A stretch of 63,806 nucleotides of DNA, filler included, from Hausera hauseri (lineage: Eukaryota), in NCBI GenBank assembly GCA_046269625.1. It is 11 parts of 11 records of this genome, joined end to end, with 100 filler letters (N's around TTAATTAATTAA, not from the genome) between each part and the next. Parts side by side here need not be neighbours in the genome. Positions count along the whole stretch, not along the records: positions 45,014 to 50,309 come from JBJURY010287058.1; positions 50,410 to 59,095 come from JBJURY010569894.1; positions 59,196 to 63,806 come from JBJURY010505464.1; 8 more parts are not named here. One strand, given 5' to 3'. Below the pieces are notes generated by a model. The model was given only the letters and a program-made list of their open reading frames with translations. It was not told the origin of the DNA and did not search any database. Of this stretch, positions 49,125-60,245 are shown in pieces (position 1 is the first letter of the stretch; each line of letters starts with the position of its first letter). The translations under genes and the position numbers were made by a program.

Positions 49125-49770
49125 CTATTATTTTATTATTATTATTATTAATATTATTATTTTATTTATCATTATTATTATTTTTATTTTTGCTGTTCAT
49201 TGTTTTTGTCACTATATTTTGTTATTATTAGCTTTTATTGCTTTTGTCTTGTTATTATTATTATTATTATTATTATCATTATTATTATTATTGTTATTAA
49301 TTTTATTGTTATTATTATTATTATTGTTATTTTATTTCTGATATTAGTATCATTATCTTATTGACTATTTCAGGGATTTTCTATTATTGTTCACTTATTC
49401 TATTATTATTCTTATTATTAATGTACCTTTTATAATTACAATCATTTTACCTTTATTTTTGATATCATGTCTCATATGCTATTAATTCTTATTTAATTAT
49501 TTTAATTATTATTTAATTATTGTTTTTAATTACTATCTAATAATTCTAGATATTGCTCTGTTAACCCTTAACATAATTTCATTGAGTTATTGTTATCTAT
49601 TATTAATATTAGAGGCCCTAAGGATACTTTTCAGTATGACCCCCAGCAGCCCCAATTAGATTTAGGTCACTTATATTTTTATTTTTTTTATAATAATTGT
49701 TTGTATTATTTTATATTTTGTATTTTGTCCTAATTCTAATAAATTTTTTAAAATTAAAAATTATTATTAA
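49125..49770 (+). repeat. (TTA)n-rich 3' UTR and tail of the LINE; similar (TTA)n tract at 45940-46020
   Basis: Degenerate TTA microsatellite; AATAAA at 49738. Confidence 0.65.
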
Positions 49771-50409
49771 TTCGACCTTCGCTTTGAGAAAAAACTATTT
49801 GACCTAGATACAATATGAAGTAATAATAACAATGGATATTGTTATTATTACTTTAATAAACATAATAATAATAATTAGAATAGACTGCAATTATAAAAAG
49901 TATAAGATGCATTTAAGTATTTCAAGTATTTACGTAATTGACCTTGTGGTCTAAATATTTATGCAATTTGTGAATTGTAAGTAGTAGTAGTACATATAGG
50001 AATTTGAAGTATTACATATAGTAATTATAAGTACTTTAGTAAATGGCTGTAATAGTTGTTTAGTCTTAAAATTACTCGACTTGAGCAAGAATTACCATAA
50101 AAAACTGAATAAGTTTTGTTAAAAAAAAAAATGACTTTGTTTACTTAAAGTAAGTTAAAGACTTAGAAATACATAAAAGTAAAGAAGTAAAATACGTAAC
50201 TTATAATTGTCCTGAAGTGTTGCTTTCTGAGAACGTGAATCAAAGAAGACGCAAAATTTCCCCATCGTGAAGTTTGCTTCCAGAGAACGTGAAAAAGGAG
50301 ACGCAAAATNNNNNNNNNNNNNNNNNNNNNNNNNNNNNNNNNNNNNNNNNNNNTTAATTAATTAANNNNNNNNNNNNNNNNNNNNNNNNNNNNNNNNNNN
50401 NNNNNNNNN

Positions 50410-51475
50410 GCGGCGTCAATGGACATCAAGATGTGCTATTCGAGCCCGTATCATCACAACACCAATGGCATAGTGGAAGGGCAATTCCGGACAATTAGAG
50501 TGTATATAGGTGAGACTCTCTACGATCGACGACGAACAGATTGGGAATAGATATTACCAGAGATACAATTCATACTGAATGCGACAGTTCAGAAAATAAC
50601 AGGGAAGAGTCCAGCAGAAATAATATATGGAAGAAAAATACAGAGAGAGAGAAATGGCATCGACAGCATAAATCAATGGAATCAACAATGGGCAACGACC
50701 CAAAAAGGATACCAGTAAAAGGGTATTTCAGGTCGGAGAAAGAGTACTAATACAGAAGGAATTAGGAACAAAAAATAAAGACAAATATGAAGTGCCATAC
50801 GAAGTCATCGAGAGAAAACACGAACGACGATATGTACTACAACACCCGGACGGCAGAATCCTGGAATGAAATGTAGAGAAAATGTGAAAATTAGTAAAGG
50901 CGGGGGATGTGACGAGGAATTGAAACGAATATTAAGGTTTAAATTTAATTCAAATGTAATTCAGTAAACAGCCAACAGAATGTGGGGAAATTCAAAAAAG
51001 AAGGAAAATAAGGCTCATTTTCCGATTGAAGGCGATAAATGTTATATAAACTTTTATAATAAATATCTTACGGATAAATCAATCTTACAATCATCAAGTG
51101 ATGTTAAAGTCCGGATGGTAAAGAAGCAATATACTCACAATAATGATTGTCTTTCAATTTGAGAAACTAAGGATGACGAATAGTAAAATCCGCGCGGATT
51201 AAATACTCTGGAGACGGCCGGATTAACGTACCCAGCAATCCAATATTCGCCCGGCAACGACGAAGTTTGTGTATTGACCATGAAGCCGCCAGTTTTCGTA
51301 AATCATGCGGCACACAATCCAGTGGAAACACACCAGGAAATTTCACGCCAAAGAGCAGTTTCCCGTAGTGTTTGAGCTCAGTGGAGCTAAATGTAAAATG
51401 TCATTTAAGCATAGTAGTAGTAGAAATCAAAATAAATTACTTCATAGTACGAAGAAGAAGAAGTCCTGAGACACA
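50410..51475 (+). mobile_element. Ty3/Gypsy 3' end: integrase C-terminus, PPT and 3' LTR (50908-51475)
   Basis: SPYHHNTNGIVEGQFRT, LNATVQKITGKSPAEIIYG and FQVGERVL..YEVPYEV (GPY/F-like); AAAGGCGGGGGA|TGTGAC...GACACA. Confidence 0.8.
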
Positions 51476-51486
51476 GCGGATTTTAT

Positions 51487-52718
51487 TTATAATATGACGG
51501 TTCCGTTTTTCGTTATTTAAACTTTGGCATCAAATACACCGTAAATGTACACTACGGTAGATTGCTCCAACGCTTTAGCAAAGTGAATCTCCGGTCTCAA
51601 GTTTCCCTGATGAGGTAGTTGAGTCTGTTCAACGTCATAATCAGGAGCCAGGAAAAAGGAGAAGAATGGATAGGTGGACTTGAACAAATCCATCGATATG
51701 CCATTCTTGACTTTTTTGTTCAGCAAATCCATGTTGCGCACAATAGATTGCATATATGTGCAAACATAATGGCCGGTCTCGAAATTCTGCTTGTATGTCT
51801 CAACGAAATCCACATTCCGACCCAAACTGATGTAATTCATATTCCTATGGGTAAACGTTTCCGAATCGGTGGTATAAGTGCCGTTTGTTGAACAGTCGTT
51901 TGAAACGTAACGAGCACAAATTTCGGCTATCGCATGTCGCCAAACAATGCATCTTTGTAAAACGTAGTTGAACCTTTGGGTATGGTATAAAAGACGAGTT
52001 CTGTGCGTTGTATCGGTTAACAAACATTTTGCTTTCTAAGCTCAATCGATGTCCCATGAGCACAGATGGTTCTACCTTTACATGAGGTAGGTATAATCGT
52101 GCCTCGGTAATTTTCAGTATGGGTTTGAGATTTGCAACGGCGGGTTTCAAACAAAAAACATTGCCGCTTCGTTTGAACCGAATCATGGCTTTAACACCGG
52201 ACAGTAGGTATTTCGGTAGATCGAAAAAATCAAAGTACAGCGGTCCACACATTGTAAGCGCTTTTGATTCTGCCACCCATGCCTAACGGTTTGCTTCAGT
52301 GGCGTCATATCCGATCGTTTTCGCCAAATGAGTCGTTTTTGCGTCGGTACTGTAATTCAGAGCCGTTTCAATGAGTGTTTTGATACTGTATAGACTGGTG
52401 TTGCATTCTATTTTGATGCTGTTCGGAGTCAGTGAAGCCTCTGGAACAGTGTGAAGGAAAAGTAATTGGCCGATGTGACAGTGTCTGTTGCAGCGAGAAC
52501 CGTTGATGCATCCTTTTTAACAATGACTTTTACATTGAGTTGCGTATCGTTCAAATCCAGGTATTCATTGTCCGATGCCATAATGTTGAATTGAATGTCA
52601 ATGTTATTGTCCGTTGAAACCGAATCAACGGGGTAGATTTCTTTAAATGCCGCATTGCAAGTAACAACTTGTGGCGCGGCTTTGCAAATATACACTGTTC
52701 GGATTTTGCAGATGCCAT
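51487..52718 (-). pseudogene. Polinton/Maverick major capsid protein (double jelly-roll)
   Basis: AKSE..F, EYLDLNDTQL, IETALNY, GPLYFDFF..KYLLSGV, ARLYLPHVKV and GNLRPEIHFAKAL are Maverick MCP motifs; frameshifted. Confidence 0.88.
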
Positions 52719-52771
52719 TTGTGTGTGTGTGTCTGTCTGTCAATCGAAAATCTTACGACGATGACGTTTGT

Positions 52772-53098
52772 TTATAGTTGATAAGCACGATGATGCTCTA
52801 TGGCGCTTTCTCAATCCACTGCCAACGAATTGTTTTTGACCGATTTAATGACTCCCGGTGTAGCGCTTTTTATTTCTGTCAAGCCGTGTTCCTTCAATGA
52901 TGGTAAAATCGATTTGTTTTCGAATAGTACCTACTGTGCTGTTTTTGATACCACGGTTCCAATACGCTTTAACATCGGAAATGCTAAACGTGCCAATATA
53001 TTCATCTATCCAGAGTCGTACTGTTTACCAAGGAAATACGGCAATTCACCGCCCTACTGGGGTGTACTGTAAATGGAAATGATTTCGGAATCAATCAT
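52772..53098 (-). pseudogene. Maverick conserved small core ORF (PM-like)
   Basis: YSTPQ*GGELPYFLGKQYDSG*MNILARLAFP matches the pattern Y..QxGG..F.G..QxGxG...R...P. Confidence 0.65.
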
Positions 53099-54163
53099 TT
53101 TGGATTCGACAGAAATGAAGAGTTAGACTGGTTGTAGTACCGTACGAAAATTCAATAAGGTAACTCGCGTCACATCGGATATTGACTTCAACATTATTTA
53201 TTGATGCAGATGCCACAGGTAAGTACAATGGATTATTGGGCTTGACAGTGACATTGTCGCCGGCAGTATACTTGCTGCTTTCCGGATAAATTGCGCGGAG
53301 TAGCGGTACATGTACTCCACCGACGAAAATCGGTTAGGTGACGTTCACGTAAATGTAAATTTGACTTAGACCAGTTTTCAGTTTGGGTTTAAGTGTTGCA
53401 ACATGTGCCGCCACCGTCGATGCCTCAAACCGCTGTTTTTCAAAACCCAATACCATGGCCAAAGCTTTGTCCAATGAAATGTCGACAATATCCTTAGCCA
53501 ACTCAAATTTAATGTACCCACTTGCATCTGACTCGAAAACTCTAAATATTTCCTTGTACTTTTGATTTGAAGAAAAGTCTTGACATAGATATGCTGCAGA
53601 TTCTTAATAGACATTGTCGCCAATCGATACGTATGACGTTGACACCCTTTCTGTTGTATAGGTAAATTTCACCGTTGTTTGGTAATATACAAGACATAAT
53701 CTTGGACCAACTACATATTCACTTTTAATATTTTTACCTTTGTACTCTGTATTTTGGATCCAAATTTCTGCGCCATCCCAGAGGACTCAAAGGTAACAGT
53801 AAATTTAAAATCTGCTATAAAATGTAAGTATTCCCCTAAAATAAAAACACCAATCTTTCCGTATAAACCGTAATTTGTACTGGTCGTGCAAATGGCCGAT
53901 TCTCCAACCGTTATTTTATTGTTAGTAAGTGTCAGAGGACAAGAATATGTTTTGGTTTTAGTAACAGTCTTGTTGCACGTTATTTTTATACTACCTTTCA
54001 ATGTCACGGGTGCGTAGGGAAAGTTAAATTCCGTCAGTGCAACCTCCCATTGTCCACCAGATAAATCCAAAGGATTGTTCCAATCTACAACGTATTTACT
54101 GGCGGAATTGTTCGGACAAGTCGTCGGACAATTGTTGCTCGGCAATACCACGTAAATACTCAT
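53092..54163 (-). pseudogene. Polinton minor capsid protein (penton), copy 1
   Basis: MSIYVVLPSN..PNNSASKY..PLDLSGGQWEVALTE and C-terminal VGGVHVPLLRAI..PLYLPV..LTLHF. Confidence 0.85.
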
Positions 54164-54202
54164 AATCTCGATGGTGATGATGATGATGACGCAGTTTGTT
54201 CA

Positions 54203-55262
54203 TTATCGACGACGACGTCGAAAATGTAACATCAAATGTGTCGTTGACCCGAACAGAAATTTAATGGGTTACCAAAATTCATCAAGCATATACACGGAAA
54301 TACTGTGCACAATATTGTGAGACAAAGATAAATACATGGGTCTGACCATATTAACACAAACAGTTTCACCTGATGTTTTGTACGTGTCAAAATTTAGTTT
54401 AATAGAAGCCATTAGTTGTTTACGTTCTCCATCTACGAGTACGGATTCGGTTAAATCCGTTAAAATGTTGATTCTATCAAATGCTCCATAGAGTTGCAGT
54501 TTTTATTTGGCAACAGTAGATTGTCCAACAATGGTTTGACAGAATTCGCGTTTTGAAACCCAGATTCCGAGCCAATAATTGATCAGAAGTTAAATATGTT
54601 ACATTGTCATGTAGTATAAGCGAAATATGACCAGCTCCGTTTATTTCACATGTCTCTACAGCTAATGTAGCCGTTTACTTGACGTATTCACACAATTCCA
54701 GTTCCGTTTTCATTAATAAATCGTTTGGTATAATATACAAGCGGAGGACTGATTCTGACTTAGTCCACTTTACTATAATATCGGATTCCGCATTGGATTA
54801 AAGGTCCAATTTTCACCAGTTATAACATGTCCACCTAGTCGTAGACGTTTTGAGTGTACATTGACTGATTGAAAACCCCATGCCTGAGCATTAGCTATAG
54901 ATTTAAACTGCATTTCCATGGGATTTCGGTGTATTAGTTTCATACGGTAGTTTGAAAAATAGGCATAAACCGAAAAAATTTCTCTCGGATAATTGCGAAG
55001 AACATATCTGTTATTGTGTCGGATTGTCCGTAAACGACTTGAAATCGGGTACGTTTCTTGTGGGGTAAAATAAATACCACTGTTCTGACGTATTGTCATT
55101 GGTGAAAATGTAAATATGAATTCCGTCAAAGCCACTTCCCAGGCTTCGTGGCTTAAATCAACCAGTTGGTTCAAGTGCACGGTAAACTGTTTAGCGGTAT
55201 TGTCGTCATTGTTGTCGTTGTGATAATGATCTGTTACTATCAAGTACCAAATAAATGCTTAT
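54203..55262 (-). pseudogene. Polinton minor capsid protein (penton), copy 2
   Basis: SIYLVLDSN..NTAKQFTVHLNQLVDLSHEAWEVALTE and C-terminal RPMYLSL..LMLHFRRRR. Confidence 0.82.
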
Positions 55263-56302
55263 CACTCAATCTGCGATGAAAATATCCAACTCGGTGTAGT
55301 GTATCCGTGCCACTTGACGAGATATTGTTTATTCGAACCTTTGCCACGTGAACGTAGAATTTCCTGAATACGATACACATCAGGGTTTTCCGCTATTACT
55401 TGCAGTTCCTATTCGTAAAATTTGCCACGTATTTCTTCACAATTTTCATCGTCTAAAATGTACATAATCGGACTTTGTTTTGTGTTGATTGCTGAAATTT
55501 GGAAAACCTCGTCGCTCCAGTTCTGATTGAAATTCTTAATGAATGTTGTCATACTCAGCTTTGAAATACGTGCATAATCACCCATTTTATATTTTGGGTG
55601 TTTAATTGCCTGTCGTCGTCGTCGTCGGTTGTTTTGATAAATCCACATGTCGAAATCATCGATTACGTCAAACGGCCGTAATCCATTGATGCCATAATGC
55701 GTCAAATGATTGTATGCATGAATAATACCCGGCAATACATCTACCCAGCGTTTGTTGCCTTGCTTCGTAAAGAATTTGTTTAGGCGATCGAGCAATGTTC
55801 GATTAAATCGTTAAACGATTTCCGGCTTGTATTGGGAAAACACCTAGTAGTGGTATACGCCGAACAGTTTCAAGACCTCTGCAACGTGGGCGTTGTAGAA
55901 TTCCTTACTCAAATCCGTTTGCTAGTGCTTCGGTTATTTTTGTTGCTGTTACATCAGTGTCTGAACAGCGCCGGCAATCTCTTCACCGGATTTAGATTTC
56001 ACAGCAATTGCACGTGCAAAACGACTAAACACATCAACGCATGACAGTACGTACCGATATCCATCGTTGATGCTGGCGTACGGAATCATTTCCATCAGAT
56101 CCATTTGCCATACATTATTTGCACTGGAAGCATGGTATATACGAGTTGGAAACCGCCTTTTTATCGGTTTATTTAGGCTGTATGCTAACTGTTTCCCAAG
56201 CCAACGTTGGGTCAGTTCCCGAGTCTCTTTGACAGTCTTTGCCAGTTTCTCGACGCCAGTATAGCCGACGGGATGACGCGGATCAAACCACACGTCATCC
56301 AT
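55262..56302 (-). pseudogene. Polinton retroviral-like integrase with C-terminal chromodomain
   Basis: WQMDL, VDVFSRFA, QTDLSKEFYN, RFNRTL, NWSDEVF, GKFYE and YLVKWHGY..SWI; single frame with internal stops. Confidence 0.92.
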
Positions 56303-56425
56303 CTTCGGTGTTATCGTGGGTTTAGCTTGCATTACAACAATTTGAACGAAACGTAAATGAAAGATTCGGTATACTGGGGCAAAAAGATGAAAACCATGCA
56401 CCCATATTGCCGAATCACAATATAC

Positions 56426-56773
56426 TTACCGTGATTGTTTATAGTATGATGTTGTTGCAGAACCAATGGGTCCACCCAGTAATGACGTGACAATCGGTAG
56501 AATTGCACCAAGAAATCCGCCATCTTGCTGGTATATGACCTCCCATTTCAGTCGTTTACTACGAGCGTTGGCAAGACCAATGAGTCGTTTTCGATACTTT
56601 AGTAAACTGCGCTTTTCACTACCAATGTCAACGTGACCCACAACGATATTGTACAAAATTTCCATCAAATCGCCTACTACAAATTGCGGGAATGATTGTC
56701 GCATGTTTCGCTTATGTCTCATAGGTGCTTTGAGTAAAGCAATAAAGAATGGCTGACAAAGTTTGAATCGCAT
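56426..56773 (-). CDS. Maverick conserved ORF (PW-like)
   Basis: EILYNIVVGHV...QQDGGFLGAILPIVTSLLGG carries the QxGGFL motif typical of this Maverick gene. Confidence 0.72.
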   Translation of the reverse strand: MRFKLCQPFFIALLKAPMRHKRNMRQSFPQFVVGDLMEILYNIVVGHVDIGSEKRSLLKYRKRLIGLANARSKRLKWEVIYQQDGGFLGAILPIVTSLLGGPIGSATTSYYKQSR

Positions 56774-56816
56774 GTTTCTCGGATGTATTGATACTGCTGA
56801 TGAGATGTAGTTATTT

Positions 56817-57007
56817 ATAACCGTTGCCACTTTGACGGTAATTTCCGTCTAGCTACTGTTGTTCGACGAAACACAGAATTGATTAATCGTTTTACTGTAG
56901 CGGCGCTTCGTTTTAATACATGTTTCTTCATGCCGGCCACCCGCTTGGTAGTAGATTTACGTTTAACAATTGTTTTTCAGAAATTCTTCATTTTTTATCA
57001 TAATCAT
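56817..57007 (-). pseudogene. Small basic (core/DNA-condensing-like) ORF
   Basis: K/R-rich frame KRKSTTKRVAGMKKHVLKRS...RRKLPSKWQRL*, preceded by TATAAA. Confidence 0.4.
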
Positions 57008-57028
57008 GTCGCTAATTTTCGAATTTGT

Positions 57029-57700
57029 TTATATACACATACACCACACTTCTAACTGAAAATGTCTGTTCGTACACGCATGTCATCGGGACACTGTTAT
57101 ATAAAGTCGATGAACAAGTATCCATGCGGTTTGTTTGTCGCATCATGGTATGCATCTATCAAGTAGGCTCGATTATGAGGAAATGCTTGTCGTGAAACAT
57201 AATCAATGATAGTTTGATCAAGGGGATTTTTGAACAACACCAAATAGTGAACGTTCAGATTTCTTGTTCGATGCTGACCGCCCTGATGGAACATGTTTTG
57301 CATAATGAAAATAACCGTTACGCCATGGTGCCGTGCAATCTTTCTGAACAGGTTGTTGAAGTCCGATTGTTTCGCGACTTCCTGAAACAAATCGTCAATG
57401 ACAATAACGTCACCGTTGCGTTATCTCTCTGACCAGTTTTCATCAAACCCATCAACTACCGTTATTGTCGATGATTTCAGTTTACAAAATTCCCGGTGTG
57501 TCAGACCGGACTGACCATCATCATCAACACCATGATGGCAGTATAATGATTGTACCGCGGTGAATGAAACATGTCACGGTAGTTCTGCAATAGTTTGCAT
57601 ACAACGTGTATTTTTTTATTTCCACTGTGGCCTACAATCTGGAAAATGGCATCATTCTGCAGCTTCATCTAATAATATACAACCTTTTCTCACCATCGCA
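57029..57700 (-). pseudogene. Polinton A32/FtsK-type DNA-packaging ATPase
   Basis: Decayed Walker A IVGHSGNK, VIVIDDL (Walker B), ARHHGVTVIFIMQNMF, NVHYLVLFKNP, ATNKPHGYLFID and RVRTDIF. Confidence 0.9.
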
Positions 57701-57764
57701 TGATTTGTTTGTAATCATGTTACACACATATATAAATAGCTATAGTATATAAACAGTTTCCATA

Positions 57765-58394
57765 ATGATAGCTAATATCAATTATCGCGGACATGTTGCC
57801 GAGTGGTGTGACATTAACACACTACCTTTTAATCAATGGAAGCCGAGGCAGTATGTACTCAAGTGTCCACCGCATTTTACATGCATCGTATTTCAACTGG
57901 GAAAGTGTCGTATTATGGGCTGTCGCAAAGCAATCACAGCTAACGATAGTAAACTACTGCCATTCGGAATTGTCATTGACCAAATTCAATCAATAACGGT
58001 AACGACTCAGTTAGATTACCACCAAACAATCAATCTGTACAAATTAGCAATGGCTACTGCTGAATGTACGTATAAACCCGAACTGTTTCCTGCACTGAGA
58101 CTTACATCGTTTCACTCATTTTGTGTCAATGTGTTTAGCAGTGGAAAAATTGTTGTACTCGGTATTCGAACGGTGAACTATGAACCGGTTATTAATCAAA
58201 TTAAAAACCACACAAATGTTTTAATGAACCAAATAAATGTATTTTGTACAACAAACTATAAATACCATTCCTATGGTTATTCAGACATTACTGCCATGGA
58301 AGACGACGATAAAACGATTCTACTCAATAATGCCTGTAATAAAAGTCCAGATTGGTCGTGCTGTTTGACTACGAAAAAGACAATTCTAATATAA
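57765..58394 (+). CDS. Divergent TATA-binding protein (TBP)-like protein; domain ends ~58220
   Basis: Two TBP repeats: IANINY...TCIVFQLGKCRIMGCR and IQSITVT...INLYKL...YKPELFPAL...VNVFSSGKIVVLGIR (compare TBP YEPELFPGL..IFVSGKVVLTGAK). Confidence 0.8.
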   Translation: MIANINYRGHVAEWCDINTLPFNQWKPRQYVLKCPPHFTCIVFQLGKCRIMGCRKAITANDSKLLPFGIVIDQIQSITVTTQLDYHQTINLYKLAMATAECTYKPELFPALRLTSFHSFCVNVFSSGKIVVLGIRTVNYEPVINQIKNHTNVLMNQINVFCTTNYKYHSYGYSDITAMEDDDKTILLNNACNKSPDWSCCLTTKKTILI

Positions 58395-58532
58395 CATTTC
58401 TGGGAACTAAAACAGAACCTGTACAACAATTATAAAAACATTCTAATATCGATTGTCTTCAGGGCGATTGTTTGGAAGCGAAAAAGGAAATTGCTCAGAA
58501 ATCATCAGCAAGACCGACGTTAAAAAGGCAAA

Positions 58533-58793
58533 ATGCAATTATTCGAATACGTAAACGAAAATTCAAAACCGTCGTGCCAAACACAGACATTTTTACCAAA
58601 ACGAATTTTTTGCAAGTATGAAATGCATTTTCTGAAAGCACCCGTACTGATTTCATTGAATGATCCCGTGTCTTTATGTGTACCCAAGTACAGCTGTGGT
58701 GTAAAACGGCTTTCGGGTAAAAATTTGGATAAACTTTTGGATGCTCTACATCAATTAAACGAGGATTTAAAGTTAAACGAAAGGACCGTGTAA
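58533..58793 (+). CDS. Hypothetical Polinton-associated protein (probably extends to ~58976 through stops)
   Basis: 86-aa ORF; TATAAA at ~58432 and AATAAA at ~58975. Confidence 0.35.
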   Translation: MQLFEYVNENSKPSCQTQTFLPKRIFCKYEMHFLKAPVLISLNDPVSLCVPKYSCGVKRLSGKNLDKLLDALHQLNEDLKLNERTV

Positions 58794-59261
58794 GAGCAAT
58801 CTGTGATTTTACCGGCGCAGAAAACGAAGTGATTTGATTTTATCGGTCGCGACATATCTCATGTATCCGATGATGATTTAAGATATCGAATGAACATTGA
58901 TTTGCAAGGATACTAGAAAAAAGCCTGTATCAAAAGCCCGATTTGGCGTGTAGCTGAAACACATTTTAATTATTAATAAATATTGTTGTTGTTGTTTTGT
59001 TTTGTTTTACCGTTCTTCTTTTTTCATCAACCCAATTAAGGAGTATAAATATACGTGTAATTTTAATATTGGCATAAGAATAATGATAATGAATGNNNNN
59101 NNNNNNNNNNNNNNNNNNNNNNNNNNNNNNNNNNNNNNNTTAATTAATTAANNNNNNNNNNNNNNNNNNNNNNNNNNNNNNNNNNNNNNNNNNNNTTTTG
59201 TCATACCAATGTTTCAGTAACTGGAAATACGATAGAACAAGATTGTTGTCATTAACGTTGT

Positions 59262-60245
59262 TCAGTAATGCACTGGTAATACGCGAAACTGGACGAACAG
59301 CCGATTCGTTGGCGATGAAATAGGATTGGGTGAGGAGAATCTCGAATAGACGGTTGTAGATACGTTTGGTTGTTCTGTTCTTCGGTTTCTTCCGTTGCTT
59401 GTTTCTATTTGGTCTTCTTGACGAGAGATTTGACGAATTCTTTGCATGGATTCTTGAGATCGGATTTTTTTAGCAAGATGATAGAACATATTTTTCCACA
59501 ATTCGGAATCATTCCAACACGAATTGATTAATTTCATTCGTTTGTCCAATTCGACGGATTGGGTAAACTCATTGTTGCCAATCAATTCTGATGCAATGGT
59601 AAATTGAAGACGGTTTTTCTTGTGTTTCGTCAGCAACTCGCTATTCTTCAAAACATTCAAAACGGATGAAAAATCGGAATATAGCGCGAATTGTCGCAGC
59701 AAACATAACGATTGTTCAAGATTGCAACCTTTGAAAATAATCGGCAGCTTGTCCAGAACTTTTCCTGTTGATACGTCAGGTATTGCGATCTTTTGTTTTT
59801 GGATAATTTTCTTTTTTGTAAATGAATGACCAAGCCACAATAAAATAACCTGTGGATGCTCCTTAAGTGTTTTAATGTCAAATAAATCCTTGTCAGGAAC
59901 GGAAATGACATTTTTAAAATCATTGTCGAATAATTTTCTGAACACTTCGCTGATTGTTTTTGCAGATAAGAATCCACAAATAGTATTTTTAACTAAATTA
60001 CTAACATGGGATATAAAATCATTTTTTGTCTGGCTATCTAATTTAGACAATTTCGATGTAGTAAGTAATGCATCCAAAAATAAAACTGAGCCGATAGATT
60101 TTGAGCTGGTTTCCGCTTTTGTACAATTCTCAAAACTTGTACAAAATAAATACTGTTTCGCTTTTTCAACCGTGATGTTGAAATATTCATCATCAATATT
60201 TACCAATAGAGTGTAACGCATTTGAGAAGCCTTGTCTAACGTCAT
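59262..60245 (-). CDS. Unknown 327-aa first ORF of a probable LTR element
   Basis: Long open frame starting ~47 bp after ...AACA-AA-TGGTGTCAGAA (tRNA-Leu PBS, 60292-60302). Confidence 0.55.
   Translation of the reverse strand: MTLDKASQMRYTLLVNIDDEYFNITVEKAKQYLFCTSFENCTKAETSSKSIGSVLFLDALLTTSKLSKLDSQTKNDFISHVSNLVKNTICGFLSAKTISEVFRKLFDNDFKNVISVPDKDLFDIKTLKEHPQVILLWLGHSFTKKKIIQKQKIAIPDVSTGKVLDKLPIIFKGCNLEQSLCLLRQFALYSDFSSVLNVLKNSELLTKHKKNRLQFTIASELIGNNEFTQSVELDKRMKLINSCWNDSELWKNMFYHLAKKIRSQESMQRIRQISRQEDQIETSNGRNRRTEQPNVSTTVYSRFSSPNPISSPTNRLFVQFRVLPVHY

Noticed and set aside
50212-50309. Two ~45-bp imperfect direct repeats at the contig end
   Set aside because: Only two units, truncated by the linker; cannot be interpreted.
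33420-58394. Treating polB (contig 7) and the capsid/TBP module (contig 10) as one Polinton
   Set aside because: They are separated by three artificial linkers and nothing in the sequence links them.
57765-58394. The host's own TBP/TRF gene
   Set aside because: Far more divergent than the highly conserved animal TBP core, intronless, no N-terminal region, and packed against a Polinton ATPase. An old retrocopy is not fully excluded.
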